Part shown: one piece after another, positions 28,771-38,467 of the stretch
Layout of the letters: each line of letters begins with the position of its first letter
Position numbering within the stretch: position 1 is the stretch's first letter
NCBI GenBank assembly: GCA_002437105.1
Contig: DJOB01000004.1
Span: 43,082 to 107,081, forward strand
Length of the DNA: 64,000 nucleotides
Origin: Bacillales bacterium UBA6449
GTDB lineage: Bacteria; Bacillota_I; Bacilli_A; RFN20; CAG-288
Direction of reading: 5' to 3'
Program-made: the position numbers and the translations under genes
The notes under the pieces: model-generated
What the model saw: only the letters and a program-made list of their open reading frames with translations
Databases searched by the model: none
What the model was told of the DNA's origin: nothing

Positions 28771-31197
28771 ATGGCAGATAAGAATAGAAGCAACCATCCT
28801 CAGCCCAGGAAGAGCATCTGGTCGGCCGTTCTACCCGTTATTCTCTTCGTCGTCGCCATCGCGCTCCTACTCTACTTCCTCGTTTTCAAGCCGGGGACCG
28901 GGATGCAGTACAAGACCTTCAGTGAAGCTGATATCAGGTTCAAGACTGACGAACAGGGTGATGAGACGCCCGATGGTGATTTCGCCAAGTTCCTCGCCAA
29001 CGACGATTACAAGATCGGATACGGCAAGGATACGAATGGGGATACCATCTACTACACCACCGAGGTCAAGAGTCTGAACATCACCTTTTCCGCCTACTCC
29101 AGCCAGATCGTGTACGTGTCTGGTACCTTTAAGATGAATTCGATTACGGGCGGTACTTCGCCCAATCAGACCTTCGGGTACCAGGCGACTCTGGGTCCGA
29201 ACGATCTCGAGGTGGTGGAGACCATCATCGATCTGCACCCCGAGATCTACGGCGAGGAGGCTAAGAACCCCGTCAATCCCTCCCGCAAGGTGGAATCCAC
29301 CAACGATGTCATGAGCTGGTTGATCCCGGTCCTCTATATCCTCGTCATGGTCGGCTCCATGTTCTTCATCTATCGCTCCATGAAGAATGCGGGTGGCGGC
29401 GGCCAGATGATGAACTTCACCCGGTCCCACGCCAAGGAGCAGACCGCATCCAAGGTGCGCTTCAGCGATGTAGCGGGCTGCGATGAGGTCAAGGATGAGC
29501 TGAAGGAGGTCGTGGAGTATTTCCACTCGAATGAGAAGTACAAGAAGATGGGTGCTGTGCTTCCCAAGGGTGTGCTGCTGGTCGGCCCCCCTGGTACCGG
29601 TAAGACCCTGTTAGCTAAGGCGGTCGCCGGTGAGGCGAGCGTCCCCTTCTTCTCCATCTCCGGATCCGATTTTGTCGAGATGTACGTGGGTGTCGGTGCC
29701 GGTCGTGTCCGCGACATGTTCAACACCGCGAAGAAGAATGCCCCCTGCATGATCTTCATCGATGAGATCGATGCGGTCGGTCGGCAGAGAGGCGCAGGTC
29801 TAGGCGGCGGTAACGATGAGCGCGAGCAGACGCTCAACCAGCTGCTCGTCGAGATGGACGGATTCGCGGATAATTCGGGCATCATCGTCATGGCGGCTAC
29901 CAACCGCGAGGACGTTCTCGATCCCGCGCTTCTGCGCCCGGGACGCTTCGACCGCATCATCACCGTCGATCTTCCCGATAAGCAGGGAAGAGAGGCGATC
30001 CTCAAGGTCCACTCGAGGAATAAGCCGCTCGCTTCCGATGTCGACTTCGCGTCCATCGCGGCGCGCACCGTCGGATTTGCCGGCGCGGATCTGGCCAACG
30101 TCATGAATGAGGCCGCGATCCTCGCGGTCCGCTCCAAGCGCGATCACATCACCATGATGGATATCGACGAGGCGATCGACCGGCGCATCGCGGGTCCCGC
30201 CAAGAAGACGCACATGAACGATGACGATAAGAAGAGGGTCGCGTTCCACGAGTCAGGTCACGCCATCGTGGGACTCGAGCTGCCCGGCGCCGATCACGTG
30301 CAATCGGTCTCGATCATCCCGCGCGGTCGGACGGGTGGACACACCCTGATGACTCCCGAGGTCGATCACTTCCTCTACACCAAGAATATGATGGTGGCGC
30401 GCATCTGCGGTTATCTGGGCGGTCGCGTCTCCGAGGAGGTCTTCTTCGGGGATGTCTCCACGGGTGCTTCCGACGACTTCCAGAAGGCGACACGGATCGC
30501 GAGGTCCATGGTCACCGAGTACGGAATGTCGCAGCTCGGTCCCGTCCAGTATGAGGATCCCAACCAGAATGTCTTCCTCGGTCGCGACTACAACTCCTCC
30601 AAGAACTTCTCCGATCAGATCGCTTATGAGATCGATCAGGAGACGCGGCGCATCATCGAGTCCTGCTACGCTCAGACGAAGAAGATCGTCGAGGATAACC
30701 GCGACAAGGTGACGCTGATCGCTCACGCCCTGATGGAGAAGGAGACGATCACGGCGGCCGAGATCGACTACCTGCTCAAGAACGGCCATCTTCCTCACTA
30801 CGAGGAGGCCAAGAGCGCGGAGGTCACTCCGATCGATCCCCTGAGTAGCTATCAGGCGAAGAACTTCAACAATATTACGCTGATCCCGGAGTATAACAAG
30901 TTCTACCAGGAGGTCGATGACATCGTATCGCACGGTATCAAGAACCTCGTCATCGTCGCTTCCCAGCCGGGTTCCGGTGCGGCGGACGCCATCCAGTTCC
31001 GCGCTCAGGTGACCGCGCAGTTCCCCGAGGGGAATGCGGGTGTGCTGTTCATCAGCCCGGACGATATGAAAGGAATCTCCGCTTCGATCCAGACGGTGGC
31101 TGAACATATCGAGAAGTATTCCGGTTGCCACGTGATGCTGTTCCTCACCGATGTTCCTTCCCTCGAGTTGCTCCGTCAGATGATAAAGCCACTCTAG
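28771..31197 (+). CDS. ftsH: ATP-dependent zinc metalloprotease FtsH, with an enlarged extracytoplasmic domain and a C-terminal extension of about 150 aa
   Basis: ATG at 28771 after AGGAGG. It has two TM segments flanking an ectodomain of about 170 aa. The AAA module shows [18 protein letters not shown] and the second region of homology. The protease motif is HESGHAIVG (HExxH). The tail after the protease domain is about 150 aa long. Confidence 0.9.
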   Translation: MADKNRSNHPQPRKSIWSAVLPVILFVVAIALLLYFLVFKPGTGMQYKTFSEADIRFKTDEQGDETPDGDFAKFLANDDYKIGYGKDTNGDTIYYTTEVKSLNITFSAYSSQIVYVSGTFKMNSITGGTSPNQTFGYQATLGPNDLEVVETIIDLHPEIYGEEAKNPVNPSRKVESTNDVMSWLIPVLYILVMVGSMFFIYRSMKNAGGGGQMMNFTRSHAKEQTASKVRFSDVAGCDEVKDELKEVVEYFHSNEKYKKMGAVLPKGVLLVGPPGTGKTLLAKAVAGEASVPFFSISGSDFVEMYVGVGAGRVRDMFNTAKKNAPCMIFIDEIDAVGRQRGAGLGGGNDEREQTLNQLLVEMDGFADNSGIIVMAATNREDVLDPALLRPGRFDRIITVDLPDKQGREAILKVHSRNKPLASDVDFASIAARTVGFAGADLANVMNEAAILAVRSKRDHITMMDIDEAIDRRIAGPAKKTHMNDDDKKRVAFHESGHAIVGLELPGADHVQSVSIIPRGRTGGHTLMTPEVDHFLYTKNMMVARICGYLGGRVSEEVFFGDVSTGASDDFQKATRIARSMVTEYGMSQLGPVQYEDPNQNVFLGRDYNSSKNFSDQIAYEIDQETRRIIESCYAQTKKIVEDNRDKVTLIAHALMEKETITAAEIDYLLKNGHLPHYEEAKSAEVTPIDPLSSYQAKNFNNITLIPEYNKFYQEVDDIVSHGIKNLVIVASQPGSGAADAIQFRAQVTAQFPEGNAGVLFISPDDMKGISASIQTVAEHIEKYSGCHVMLFLTDVPSLELLRQMIKPL

Positions 31198-31205
31198 TGC
31201 GGTAT

Positions 31206-31232
31206 AAGCCCTGGTTATCCAGGGCTTTTTTT
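31206..31232 (+). terminator. Intrinsic terminator after ftsH
   Basis: AAGCCCTGG-TTAT-CCAGGGCTT followed by TTTTTT. Confidence 0.7.
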
Positions 31233-31564
31233 ATGGGTTGATATCCTGGGTTTCTCCTCTTTCGTATAGGCGGCGTTAGGAGCGGCTTGACGGGATAGGA
31301 ATCAAGGTTGCTTACTCTATATAGGGAGGGTTTCATAGCTGTCCTAGCGGCTGCTAGGGGTGGTCTATAAGTTCTACTCGACGCGGGAATAGCGGGGACG
31401 CCTTTAGAGGTGATCGCGACTCAGGATGAGCGGGAATCGAGTTAGAGGGGTCAGTGTTACCGCTCGGTTGAGGGCTGGTGGTGGATGGGAAGAGTCGGTC
31501 AGTTTTCCCAGTCAGAGAATAGGAAAGGAGATTGAGAAATTCTCCAGATAAAGTTCATTTTCCC

Positions 31565-31592
31565 CTTGTAAACTTATAAAAACAGAGTATGA
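31565..31592 (+). promoter_or_regulatory. Sigma-A type promoter for tRNA-Pro
   Basis: TTGTAA, 16-nt spacer, TATGAT. The -10 ends 12 nt upstream of the mature tRNA 5' end. Confidence 0.5.
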
Positions 31593-31604
31593 TTCTACTT
31601 GCTC

Positions 31605-31681
31605 TTGGGACATAGCGCAGCTTGGTAGCGCACTTCCTTGGGGTGGAAGGGGTCGTGAGTTCGAATCTCACTGTTCCAACC
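31605..31681 (+). tRNA. tRNA-Pro (anticodon GGG)
   Basis: Cloverleaf read by hand. Acceptor TGGGACA/TGTTCCA with one G-U pair, then U8 A9. D-arm GCGC-AGCTTGGTA-GCGC. Anticodon arm CTTCC-TTGGGGT-GGAAG, giving anticodon GGG with G37. T-arm GTGAG-TTCGAAT-CTCAC. Discriminator A and an encoded CCA. The core is near-identical to E. coli tRNA-Pro. Confidence 0.85.
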
Positions 31682-31691
31682 ATTGAGTAAT

Positions 31692-31718
31692 TAACGCTGG
31701 TCAATTCCGGCGTTTTTT
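31692..31718 (+). terminator. Intrinsic terminator after tRNA-Pro
   Basis: AACGCTGG-TCAATT-CCGGCGTT followed by TTTTTT. Confidence 0.6.
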
Positions 31719-31865
31719 TGTTTATATATAGTTTTTCTATGTATTTATTCGGCGATATCGGCTGCTGGAAATAGGATCTTCGGGTTGATGCCGGGCGACT
31801 TTTGCTCTCTGATTCACTCTTGAGCTTACCGGGGTAGTGCCTTCTCTCGGGTGCTTATTGGCATA

Positions 31866-31898
31866 ATAAAAAGATTAGACTTTCTTCGTCTAATCTTT
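31866..31898 (-). terminator. Perfect 11-bp inverted repeat followed by a T-tract on the minus strand, a likely terminator of the flavodoxin-like gene
   Basis: AAAGATTAGAC-TTTCTTC-GTCTAATCTTT. On the minus strand the hairpin is followed by TTTTTATTAT. Confidence 0.5.
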
Positions 31899-32113
31899 CG
31901 ACCCTGGCTATCGTCGAATTAACTTGGGGAATACCTTATGTCCAGGGGGCCTTAGTGCCCAGTTGAGTAAGGTGGAAATCTTTATCCTTGTCTCTTGTGG
32001 ACTTGCCAGGTGGCGGTTGGCAGTGAAATAGAGGGGATGTTTTTGTTTCTTTGAATCCTTTGATCGACTAATGCACGATGAAATCAAGTTTGAACTCTAT
32101 CTGGTGGGGTGGA

Positions 32114-32638
32114 TTATTTGATTGCCTCGATGATCGGTTTGAGCGAGTCATAATTCACAAAATCGATCTTTTTGCCGTAGGTCTCCAGGAATAATTTATC
32201 CTCTTCCGAGATGTTTTCCGCTGGCCTATTTCTGATGGAGTTGTAAACTACCTTCATCATCATCCTGTGGATGAAGTTCAATCGGCTGTAGTCGATCGCT
32301 CCTCGCAGATGGAAGAAGGAAGTGTTTAGCAATATCTGTTCGGGTACCTGTTTTTTGACCGACTCTTCGATCTTGGTGACATTCTCTTCACTGTTAGGAT
32401 CCGATATTCCCACGGTTACGATGATGAGCTCGGTCTGTTGGGAGAGTTTTTTTGCCGTCGTCTTCAATCCTTTAACGCCTCCCGCATAGAGGCCACCAAA
32501 ATAGACTATTCGCTGGTATTCCGCTATGGATTTCACTTCCGCATAGGGGAGGATGGGTAGATGCGTTATCGCCGCAAATCTCTCGGCGTATCGTTTCGTT
32601 GATCCGTATTGGCTGCCATATACGATCAGTGTATTCAT
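32114..32638 (-). CDS. Flavodoxin-like fold protein, AT-rich gene
   Basis: Start at 32638 with AGGAG 6 nt upstream. MNTLIVYGSQYGSTKRYAERFA... is typical of the flavodoxin/WrbA-like fold. Codon usage is visibly more A/T-rich than neighbouring genes. Confidence 0.65.
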   Translation of the reverse strand: MNTLIVYGSQYGSTKRYAERFAAITHLPILPYAEVKSIAEYQRIVYFGGLYAGGVKGLKTTAKKLSQQTELIIVTVGISDPNSEENVTKIEESVKKQVPEQILLNTSFFHLRGAIDYSRLNFIHRMMMKVVYNSIRNRPAENISEEDKLFLETYGKKIDFVNYDSLKPIIEAIK

Positions 32639-33202
32639 TTTGACTCCTTTTTTACAATCGAATCCTTTTGCTTTCAGGTCTCTCATTTTTATGATACCAA
32701 ATGTCGTTCTGATTCGACTTTATAGACTATTGATTTACGGATAGAAATTATTTGATTGTCGTCTCATAGCTGACCCTGCAAAAGATATTGATTCGTGTCT
32801 CTCTTTAAGGTTGAATATGTTGAAGTGCGATCTATTTTTAAAGAGAAGCCCTTTTGCGTCGATATTTTTGGCTAGATTAAAACTGATCTTATCTGTTCTG
32901 CTTAAGCGAAAATAATAAATAGTATGGTCAAAGCTCTGATAATCAAAAAAATATTTTTCTATATTTGAAAATGATGGAAGCTGGATTTTTTTATTTCAAA
33001 ATATTTTCTACCCAATATCGAAGCGATTGAATAGAACAGAGGCGGATATTTTAATCTTTGAGAAATCAGGATAGCTGTCTGTCGCAGAGAGAGTTCAAAG
33101 AGATGGTAGGTCAGATTTTTGGAGGGAAACCTTCTATTTCTCCAGCTATTATGGCAGAGAAATCTATCAGCAAAGAAGTCGGTCGGAAGCAGGTTGGATC
33201 AA

Positions 33203-34843
33203 TCAATCGATCTTCTCGAGGTGGCCGTGTGAGAGCTGAATCTTCTCGGGGGCGCAATCCAATACCTGTTGACTGTGGCTGATCAGAAACACGCAGGCCT
33301 GCTTGGAATATTCCACGATGGATCGCATCATCGCTCTCTCGTTGTACATATCCACATTCGAGGTCGGCTCGTCCAGGATCAGGCAGGAGGGCTGGCGCAG
33401 GAAGACGCGAGCTAGGCCGAAGCGCTGGCGCTGCCCGGTGGATATATTGGTCGCATCGAGGGAGATGATCGTATCTAAGCCCGCCGGTAGCGACTCGACA
33501 AACGCGAGGACGCTAGCGCGCTTCAGCGCTTCTCTGATCTCCTGGTCGGTCGCTTCCGGGGCGGCTTCCTGCATATTTTCCCGGATGGTTTCATTGAAGA
33601 GGTGAGTGGTCTGATTCATGCTGATGATCTGGTCATGGAGCGATCTGGAGTTTATGCTTCGCATGTCGATCCCATCTACCGATATGGTTCCGCGGCTCGG
33701 ATCCCTATGGCGCAGCAGAAGCTTGACCAGGGTCGATTTTCCAGATCCGGATCTACCGGAGAGCGAGATCAAGCCGGGACGGTTCAGATCCAGGTTTATA
33801 TCCTTCAATATCGGAGAGGACTCGTATTCGAAATCCACATGATTCAGCGCGATCCGGTCGGCTTGGGTGATCGTTTCGCCCTGAGTCACTTCCTCGATTA
33901 GAGGTTTTTCATTCATCAGCCTCTGCATCCGGCGGCAGGAAGCGAAGGTCTGAGTGAGGTTGGAGGGGAGGCGCGACAGGGAGAGGGCCGGGATGAAGGA
34001 GGAGATGCTGATCCCGATGCCCACCACCATCTGAGCGGTCGTAATCGTGCCGGTGGTTAGGAGACCCGCCCCGAGGGCGGTGATGCCGATGCAGCCGAGC
34101 GAGAGGAGCAGGGCGGTGACGCGATCGATGAGGCTAGTTCGATCGCGGGTGATCAGGGCGAGGTCGATCAGTCGGGTCGTCTCTTTCGCTAGAGAGGCCT
34201 CACGCTCTTCCTCGGCTCTGTTGAACACGATGGCGGAAGCGCCCTCGATATCCTCGAGGAATTCGGTGGAGAGGTGGGCGAACGAGTTGCGGTATTGCGC
34301 TCCGCTGCTCTTCAGGAGGGGATAGGTGGCCAGCGGGATGATGAAGCCTATGAAGATGAAGGCGCCCAGGTATGCTAGAGCTAGAATCCAACTGGAGAGG
34401 AAGAGGTCGACTAGGAAGGTGAAAAGGAGGGTGCCGATCGCGATGTTCAGAGGGGAGAGGGTGTGGGCATAGAAGACCTCCAGGGTCTCTATATCATCGG
34501 TGACCGAGGAGATGAGGTCCCCTTCCTTGTTATCCTCTAACCGCGCGGGAGCGAGCTTCTCCAGGGTGGTGAAGATCTGGGTGCGGATCTCCTTCAGGAT
34601 GGTGAAAGCGGTGAAGTGATTCAGGTACTGTTCCCCGTAGCCGAGCATCCCGCGAAATAGGCCGCAGGCTAAGCAGAGCGAGAGGCCGATCGCCAGAGGT
34701 ATCTGTCGCGTCAGGGAGAGCAGGGCGAAGAGGATCGAAGCGATGGACAGGATGTGGCCCAGCGCGCCCAATAGGCTGGCCGCCGCGATGGTGAATTTCA
34801 GTCGGGGAGTCAGTTTAGAGAGCAGAAATCTGAGTGAATTCAT
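33203..34843 (-). CDS. ABC exporter permease/ATPase, CydC-like subunit of a heterodimeric CydDC-type (thiol reductant) exporter
   Basis: 546 aa with a TM domain plus NBD (GRSGSGKSTL, ISTGQRQRFGLARVFL, ILDEPTSNVD). Its start overlaps the partner's stop as ATGA at 34840-34843. Confidence 0.7.
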   Translation of the reverse strand: MNSLRFLLSKLTPRLKFTIAAASLLGALGHILSIASILFALLSLTRQIPLAIGLSLCLACGLFRGMLGYGEQYLNHFTAFTILKEIRTQIFTTLEKLAPARLEDNKEGDLISSVTDDIETLEVFYAHTLSPLNIAIGTLLFTFLVDLFLSSWILALAYLGAFIFIGFIIPLATYPLLKSSGAQYRNSFAHLSTEFLEDIEGASAIVFNRAEEEREASLAKETTRLIDLALITRDRTSLIDRVTALLLSLGCIGITALGAGLLTTGTITTAQMVVGIGISISSFIPALSLSRLPSNLTQTFASCRRMQRLMNEKPLIEEVTQGETITQADRIALNHVDFEYESSPILKDINLDLNRPGLISLSGRSGSGKSTLVKLLLRHRDPSRGTISVDGIDMRSINSRSLHDQIISMNQTTHLFNETIRENMQEAAPEATDQEIREALKRASVLAFVESLPAGLDTIISLDATNISTGQRQRFGLARVFLRQPSCLILDEPTSNVDMYNERAMMRSIVEYSKQACVFLISHSQQVLDCAPEKIQLSHGHLEKID

Positions 34844-36561
34844 AGTTCATCACCTCCGAATGAGAGGAATCCCTTTTTAGTTAGGGTGTCGTATTTTCCT
34901 TCAGTTATCAGTCTTCCATCCTTCAGGATGGAGATACGATCGGCATCCTTCAGCAGCTCTATGGCGTGAGTGATGATCAGTACCAGGCAGGTGGAGCTGA
35001 TCCTCTTCAGGACCGAGCAGATGATCCGGGAAGACTGAGCATCTACGGCGGAGATGGCCTCATCGACGATGATCGTCTTTCGCGGACGAGAGAGCGTCAG
35101 GGCCAGCGCCAGCCGTTGCCGCTCCCCACCGGAGAGGTCGGATGCGTTCTCCTTCAGCGATCTCTCCAATCGGCCATCCTCGTACAGGTGCTTTAGCTCC
35201 ACCATATCGAGGAGCTCCTCGATCCGGGAGTCCGATATGCCCGGGCAGTAGAGGCGGAACAGGTTGAGGATGGAGTCCGACAGGATATAGGGATCCGCAT
35301 CGAGATAGGCGACGTTCGTATAGAACCAGGTGCGATCGATGTTACCGATGTCGATATCGGCGATCTTCAACTGGCCGCTCGAGGGTCTTATCGCCCCTGA
35401 GAGGATCTTGGCGAGCGTCGATTTGCCGGAACCGGACGGTCCTACGATACCGAATAATCCGGTGGCGGGATAGGAGGTCTGGATACCATGGAGAGCGGGG
35501 GTGGTGCGCTCGTCGCGATAGGTATAGCTGATCTGCTCCAGCTTCAGCGAGGTGAACTCGGGATCGTAATCTCCCCAGACCGGCTCCTCGGCCCCGAGAT
35601 ACTTGATGATGCTCCTACCCGCGGTAGCACCATTCATTCCGATGTGGAAGAGCGATCCCATCTTTCGCAGAGGGAGGAAGAAGCGCAGCGAGGTGAGGAT
35701 GGAGAAGAGGGCGATGGCGACACTGTCGGGGGAGAGCGAGGACCGGATTGCGAATATCACGCCTACGACCGCACAGGCCGCTGCGCCGCCATAGGCGACC
35801 GTATCCATGATGGCCGTGGACCACAGCTGCATCACGAGGACCTTCATGGTCGCGACGCGGAATTCCTCCGACTTCGCGGTGAGCTGTTGGCTCTTCCGCT
35901 TGGAGGTGGAGAAATCCTTGAGGTCCTTGAGGCCTCGCAGGGCATCCACGAAGGAATTGCCGAGATTCAGGTAGCGACCCCAGTATCTGCCGAATACTCG
36001 CTTCGCGAACCGCGAGACGAGGATGATGGATACGGGGATGAGGGGAATGAGAAGGACGAGGATGACGGCGTCTATCCACAGGGTGGGCTCGCCACCGGGG
36101 ATGGTGAAGGCTCCGGCTAGCAGGAGGGCCAGCGTGAGGATCGGTGAAGCCAAAGAGAATATGAGGGTCGGGAAGTACTGGGAGAAGTAGATATCGAGGC
36201 TCTCGATGCCGGAAGTCGAGAGCTGGGTCAGGGTGGCCGTGGTGAATCCTTGCGGGATCCTTCCGCCTAGGCTGAAGGTTTTCTTCAGGACGCGATCTCG
36301 CAGTTCCGCGCGGATTCTGGTGCCTAACCTATTCTGGATCAGGTCGGCCGCGATACCGAAGACTAGGGCGCAGAGCGCGCTCGCGACCGCGATGATGATC
36401 CAGAGGTTCAGGCTGGTGGCGGCGAGGGCTTGTCGGATCGTATAGCTCATCGCGAAGAAGGTTACGAGTTCAGCGGCGTAGGTGAAAAGCAGGAGCGCGC
36501 TCGCCAGGAGCGCGGGAATCTTTCTTTTTCCTAACAGTTTGAGAAGTGATCTATCGATCAT
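34840..36561 (-). CDS. ABC exporter permease/ATPase, CydD-like subunit
   Basis: 573 aa with a TM domain plus NBD (GPSGSGKSTL, LSGGERQRLALALTLS, IIVDEAISAVD). The paired gene architecture is typical of CydDC. Assignment to the CydDC subfamily specifically is inference. Confidence 0.7.
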   Translation of the reverse strand: MIDRSLLKLLGKRKIPALLASALLLFTYAAELVTFFAMSYTIRQALAATSLNLWIIIAVASALCALVFGIAADLIQNRLGTRIRAELRDRVLKKTFSLGGRIPQGFTTATLTQLSTSGIESLDIYFSQYFPTLIFSLASPILTLALLLAGAFTIPGGEPTLWIDAVILVLLIPLIPVSIILVSRFAKRVFGRYWGRYLNLGNSFVDALRGLKDLKDFSTSKRKSQQLTAKSEEFRVATMKVLVMQLWSTAIMDTVAYGGAAACAVVGVIFAIRSSLSPDSVAIALFSILTSLRFFLPLRKMGSLFHIGMNGATAGRSIIKYLGAEEPVWGDYDPEFTSLKLEQISYTYRDERTTPALHGIQTSYPATGLFGIVGPSGSGKSTLAKILSGAIRPSSGQLKIADIDIGNIDRTWFYTNVAYLDADPYILSDSILNLFRLYCPGISDSRIEELLDMVELKHLYEDGRLERSLKENASDLSGGERQRLALALTLSRPRKTIIVDEAISAVDAQSSRIICSVLKRISSTCLVLIITHAIELLKDADRISILKDGRLITEGKYDTLTKKGFLSFGGDEL

Positions 36562-36630
36562 CGTTATTACCTATCCTTGCAGGAAGAATTTAAATGTATC
36601 GATAGAGACTTGAAAGCAGGACGGTAAAGA

Positions 36631-38463
36631 TCAGCTCTCCCGCTTCTGGGATGCCGCCCTTTCGACGGTGGCATCGATGCGCTTCTGCTCGACCTTCAAG
36701 CTGTTGATCTTATCCATGATCAGCGTGGCAGATCGGGAATCGGTGAGCTGCTCCAGCTCGCCGAGGGTGACATTCAGGAGCGACTCCATCGTGGGGTAGG
36801 CGTCCAGGAGGCGCTCCTTCTTCTTGGGACCGATACCAGGGATGCCATCGAAGAAGGTAGAGAAGAGCGATTTTGCGCGCATGGTTCGGTGGGTGGTGAT
36901 CGCGTAGCGGTGCACCTCGTCCTGCATCCTCATGAGCAGAAAGAAGAGCGGTGACTTCTTGTCGAGGGGTATGAGCTCTCCCGTGTCGCCGTCCATGAGC
37001 GAATTGGTCTCGTGCTTATCGTTCTTGACCAGTCCGGCGAGCTTGACGCCCTTGATCCCGGAAGCTCTCATCGCTTCGGTGGCCGCTTCGACCTGGATGG
37101 TTCCACCATCGACGATGATGAGGTCGGGTGCCTTGAGTCCATCGTGGACGATCCGGGTGCAGCGGCGGAAGATGACCTCTTTCATCGAAGCCATATCATC
37201 CGCCCGGTTGGGCTGGCGGATGTTGAAGCGCCGATAGAGCTGTGGCGCCTTCTGCCCGTTGATATAGGTGACCATGCCGCCGACGGCATCCTGCCCCTGC
37301 GTATGCGCATTATCGAACAGCTCGATCTCCAGCGGGAGCCGATCCATATGGAGCTTCTCTTTCAGCTCCGTTAGCAGGGCGATGTTGTCGTCCTCCAAGC
37401 GGGCGGTCATAAAATGCTGATCCAGCCCCTGCTTCGCGTTGTCCAGCGCCATCATCAACAGGTCTTTTTTCAGGCCGCGCGTCGGAACGATCACGTCGAG
37501 GCCGAGAGCGGCGGACAGCTCATCCTGCAGCGCCGTATCGGCGATGATGAGCTCCTTGGGTTTGGGATGAGCGGCGTAGAACTGGACGATGGCGGACGAG
37601 ATCTCCTCCCGGATATCCTCCTGGATCTCATTGACGTAGAGGTTCTTGCCTAGGAGGATTCCCTTTCTATAGAGCAGGAAGAGCATGGAGATATATCCCT
37701 CGCGCGTGGAGTAGGCGAAGACATCTCTATCTACCCGATCCTTCATCATGATCTTCTGCGAGGAGGCGATGTGCTCGATATCCTGAATCTTCTCCTTGAA
37801 CTCCTCCGCCCGCTCGAAGTCGAGGGCTTCGGCCGCCTGATTCATCTTCTCTCGGTAGTTGGAAATGACCTGGGAGGTGTCACCGTTGAGAAAGGCGATG
37901 ACCTTCTTTCGCACGGTCTCCGGATCGACTTTACCGTCCTTGAGATAGCTGGGGTCGGTCAGTTGTTGCAGGTAGCGGTAGAGGTTCGAGCTATCCTTGT
38001 TCCTTTCGGCTTCCATGACGGGATAGCAGAGGTTCAGGATATTTATGACCTTGTAGGCGGACGAGGAGTTGGGGTAGGGACCGAAGTAGTCGTAGATCTT
38101 TCTCTCGGTCGCTTTATGGGCGATTTTCAGATATGGCATCCCGCTTTTCTTGACTGCGATATACGGATACATCTTTCCGTCTTTAAGGAGGATGTTATAT
38201 TTTGGATAATACTTCTGAATGAGGTTTATCTCTAGCAGTAAGGCTTCCTTTTCTGAATTGGTTTCTATGATATCGAAGTCGGTGATCTCGGACACCATGC
38301 GCTGGACCTTACCCACCTGTGGACGCGTGAAGTACTGCTTCACCCTCTTCACCAGCGATTTGGCTTTTCCGACATAGATGATGGTCCCATCCTTATCCTT
38401 CATCTGGTAGGATCCCGGCCGGTCGGGGAGGAGGTCGATCTTCTGCTGCAGCAGTTCGTTCAC
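36631..38463 (-). CDS. uvrC: Excinuclease ABC subunit C
   Basis: GIY-YIG N-terminus (GSYQMKDKDGTIIYVGKAKSLVKRVKQYF), a UvrBC interaction region, and RNase H-like and HhH C-terminal domains. Confidence 0.95.
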   Translation of the reverse strand: MNELLQQKIDLLPDRPGSYQMKDKDGTIIYVGKAKSLVKRVKQYFTRPQVGKVQRMVSEITDFDIIETNSEKEALLLEINLIQKYYPKYNILLKDGKMYPYIAVKKSGMPYLKIAHKATERKIYDYFGPYPNSSSAYKVINILNLCYPVMEAERNKDSSNLYRYLQQLTDPSYLKDGKVDPETVRKKVIAFLNGDTSQVISNYREKMNQAAEALDFERAEEFKEKIQDIEHIASSQKIMMKDRVDRDVFAYSTREGYISMLFLLYRKGILLGKNLYVNEIQEDIREEISSAIVQFYAAHPKPKELIIADTALQDELSAALGLDVIVPTRGLKKDLLMMALDNAKQGLDQHFMTARLEDDNIALLTELKEKLHMDRLPLEIELFDNAHTQGQDAVGGMVTYINGQKAPQLYRRFNIRQPNRADDMASMKEVIFRRCTRIVHDGLKAPDLIIVDGGTIQVEAATEAMRASGIKGVKLAGLVKNDKHETNSLMDGDTGELIPLDKKSPLFFLLMRMQDEVHRYAITTHRTMRAKSLFSTFFDGIPGIGPKKKERLLDAYPTMESLLNVTLGELEQLTDSRSATLIMDKINSLKVEQKRIDATVERAASQKRES

Positions 38464-38467
38464 GGTC

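Noticed and set aside
31682-33202. Integrated mobile element at tRNA-Pro
   Set aside because: There is compositional contrast, but no integrase, excisionase or clear direct repeat of the tRNA 3' end was found. Reported only as a candidate decayed islet.
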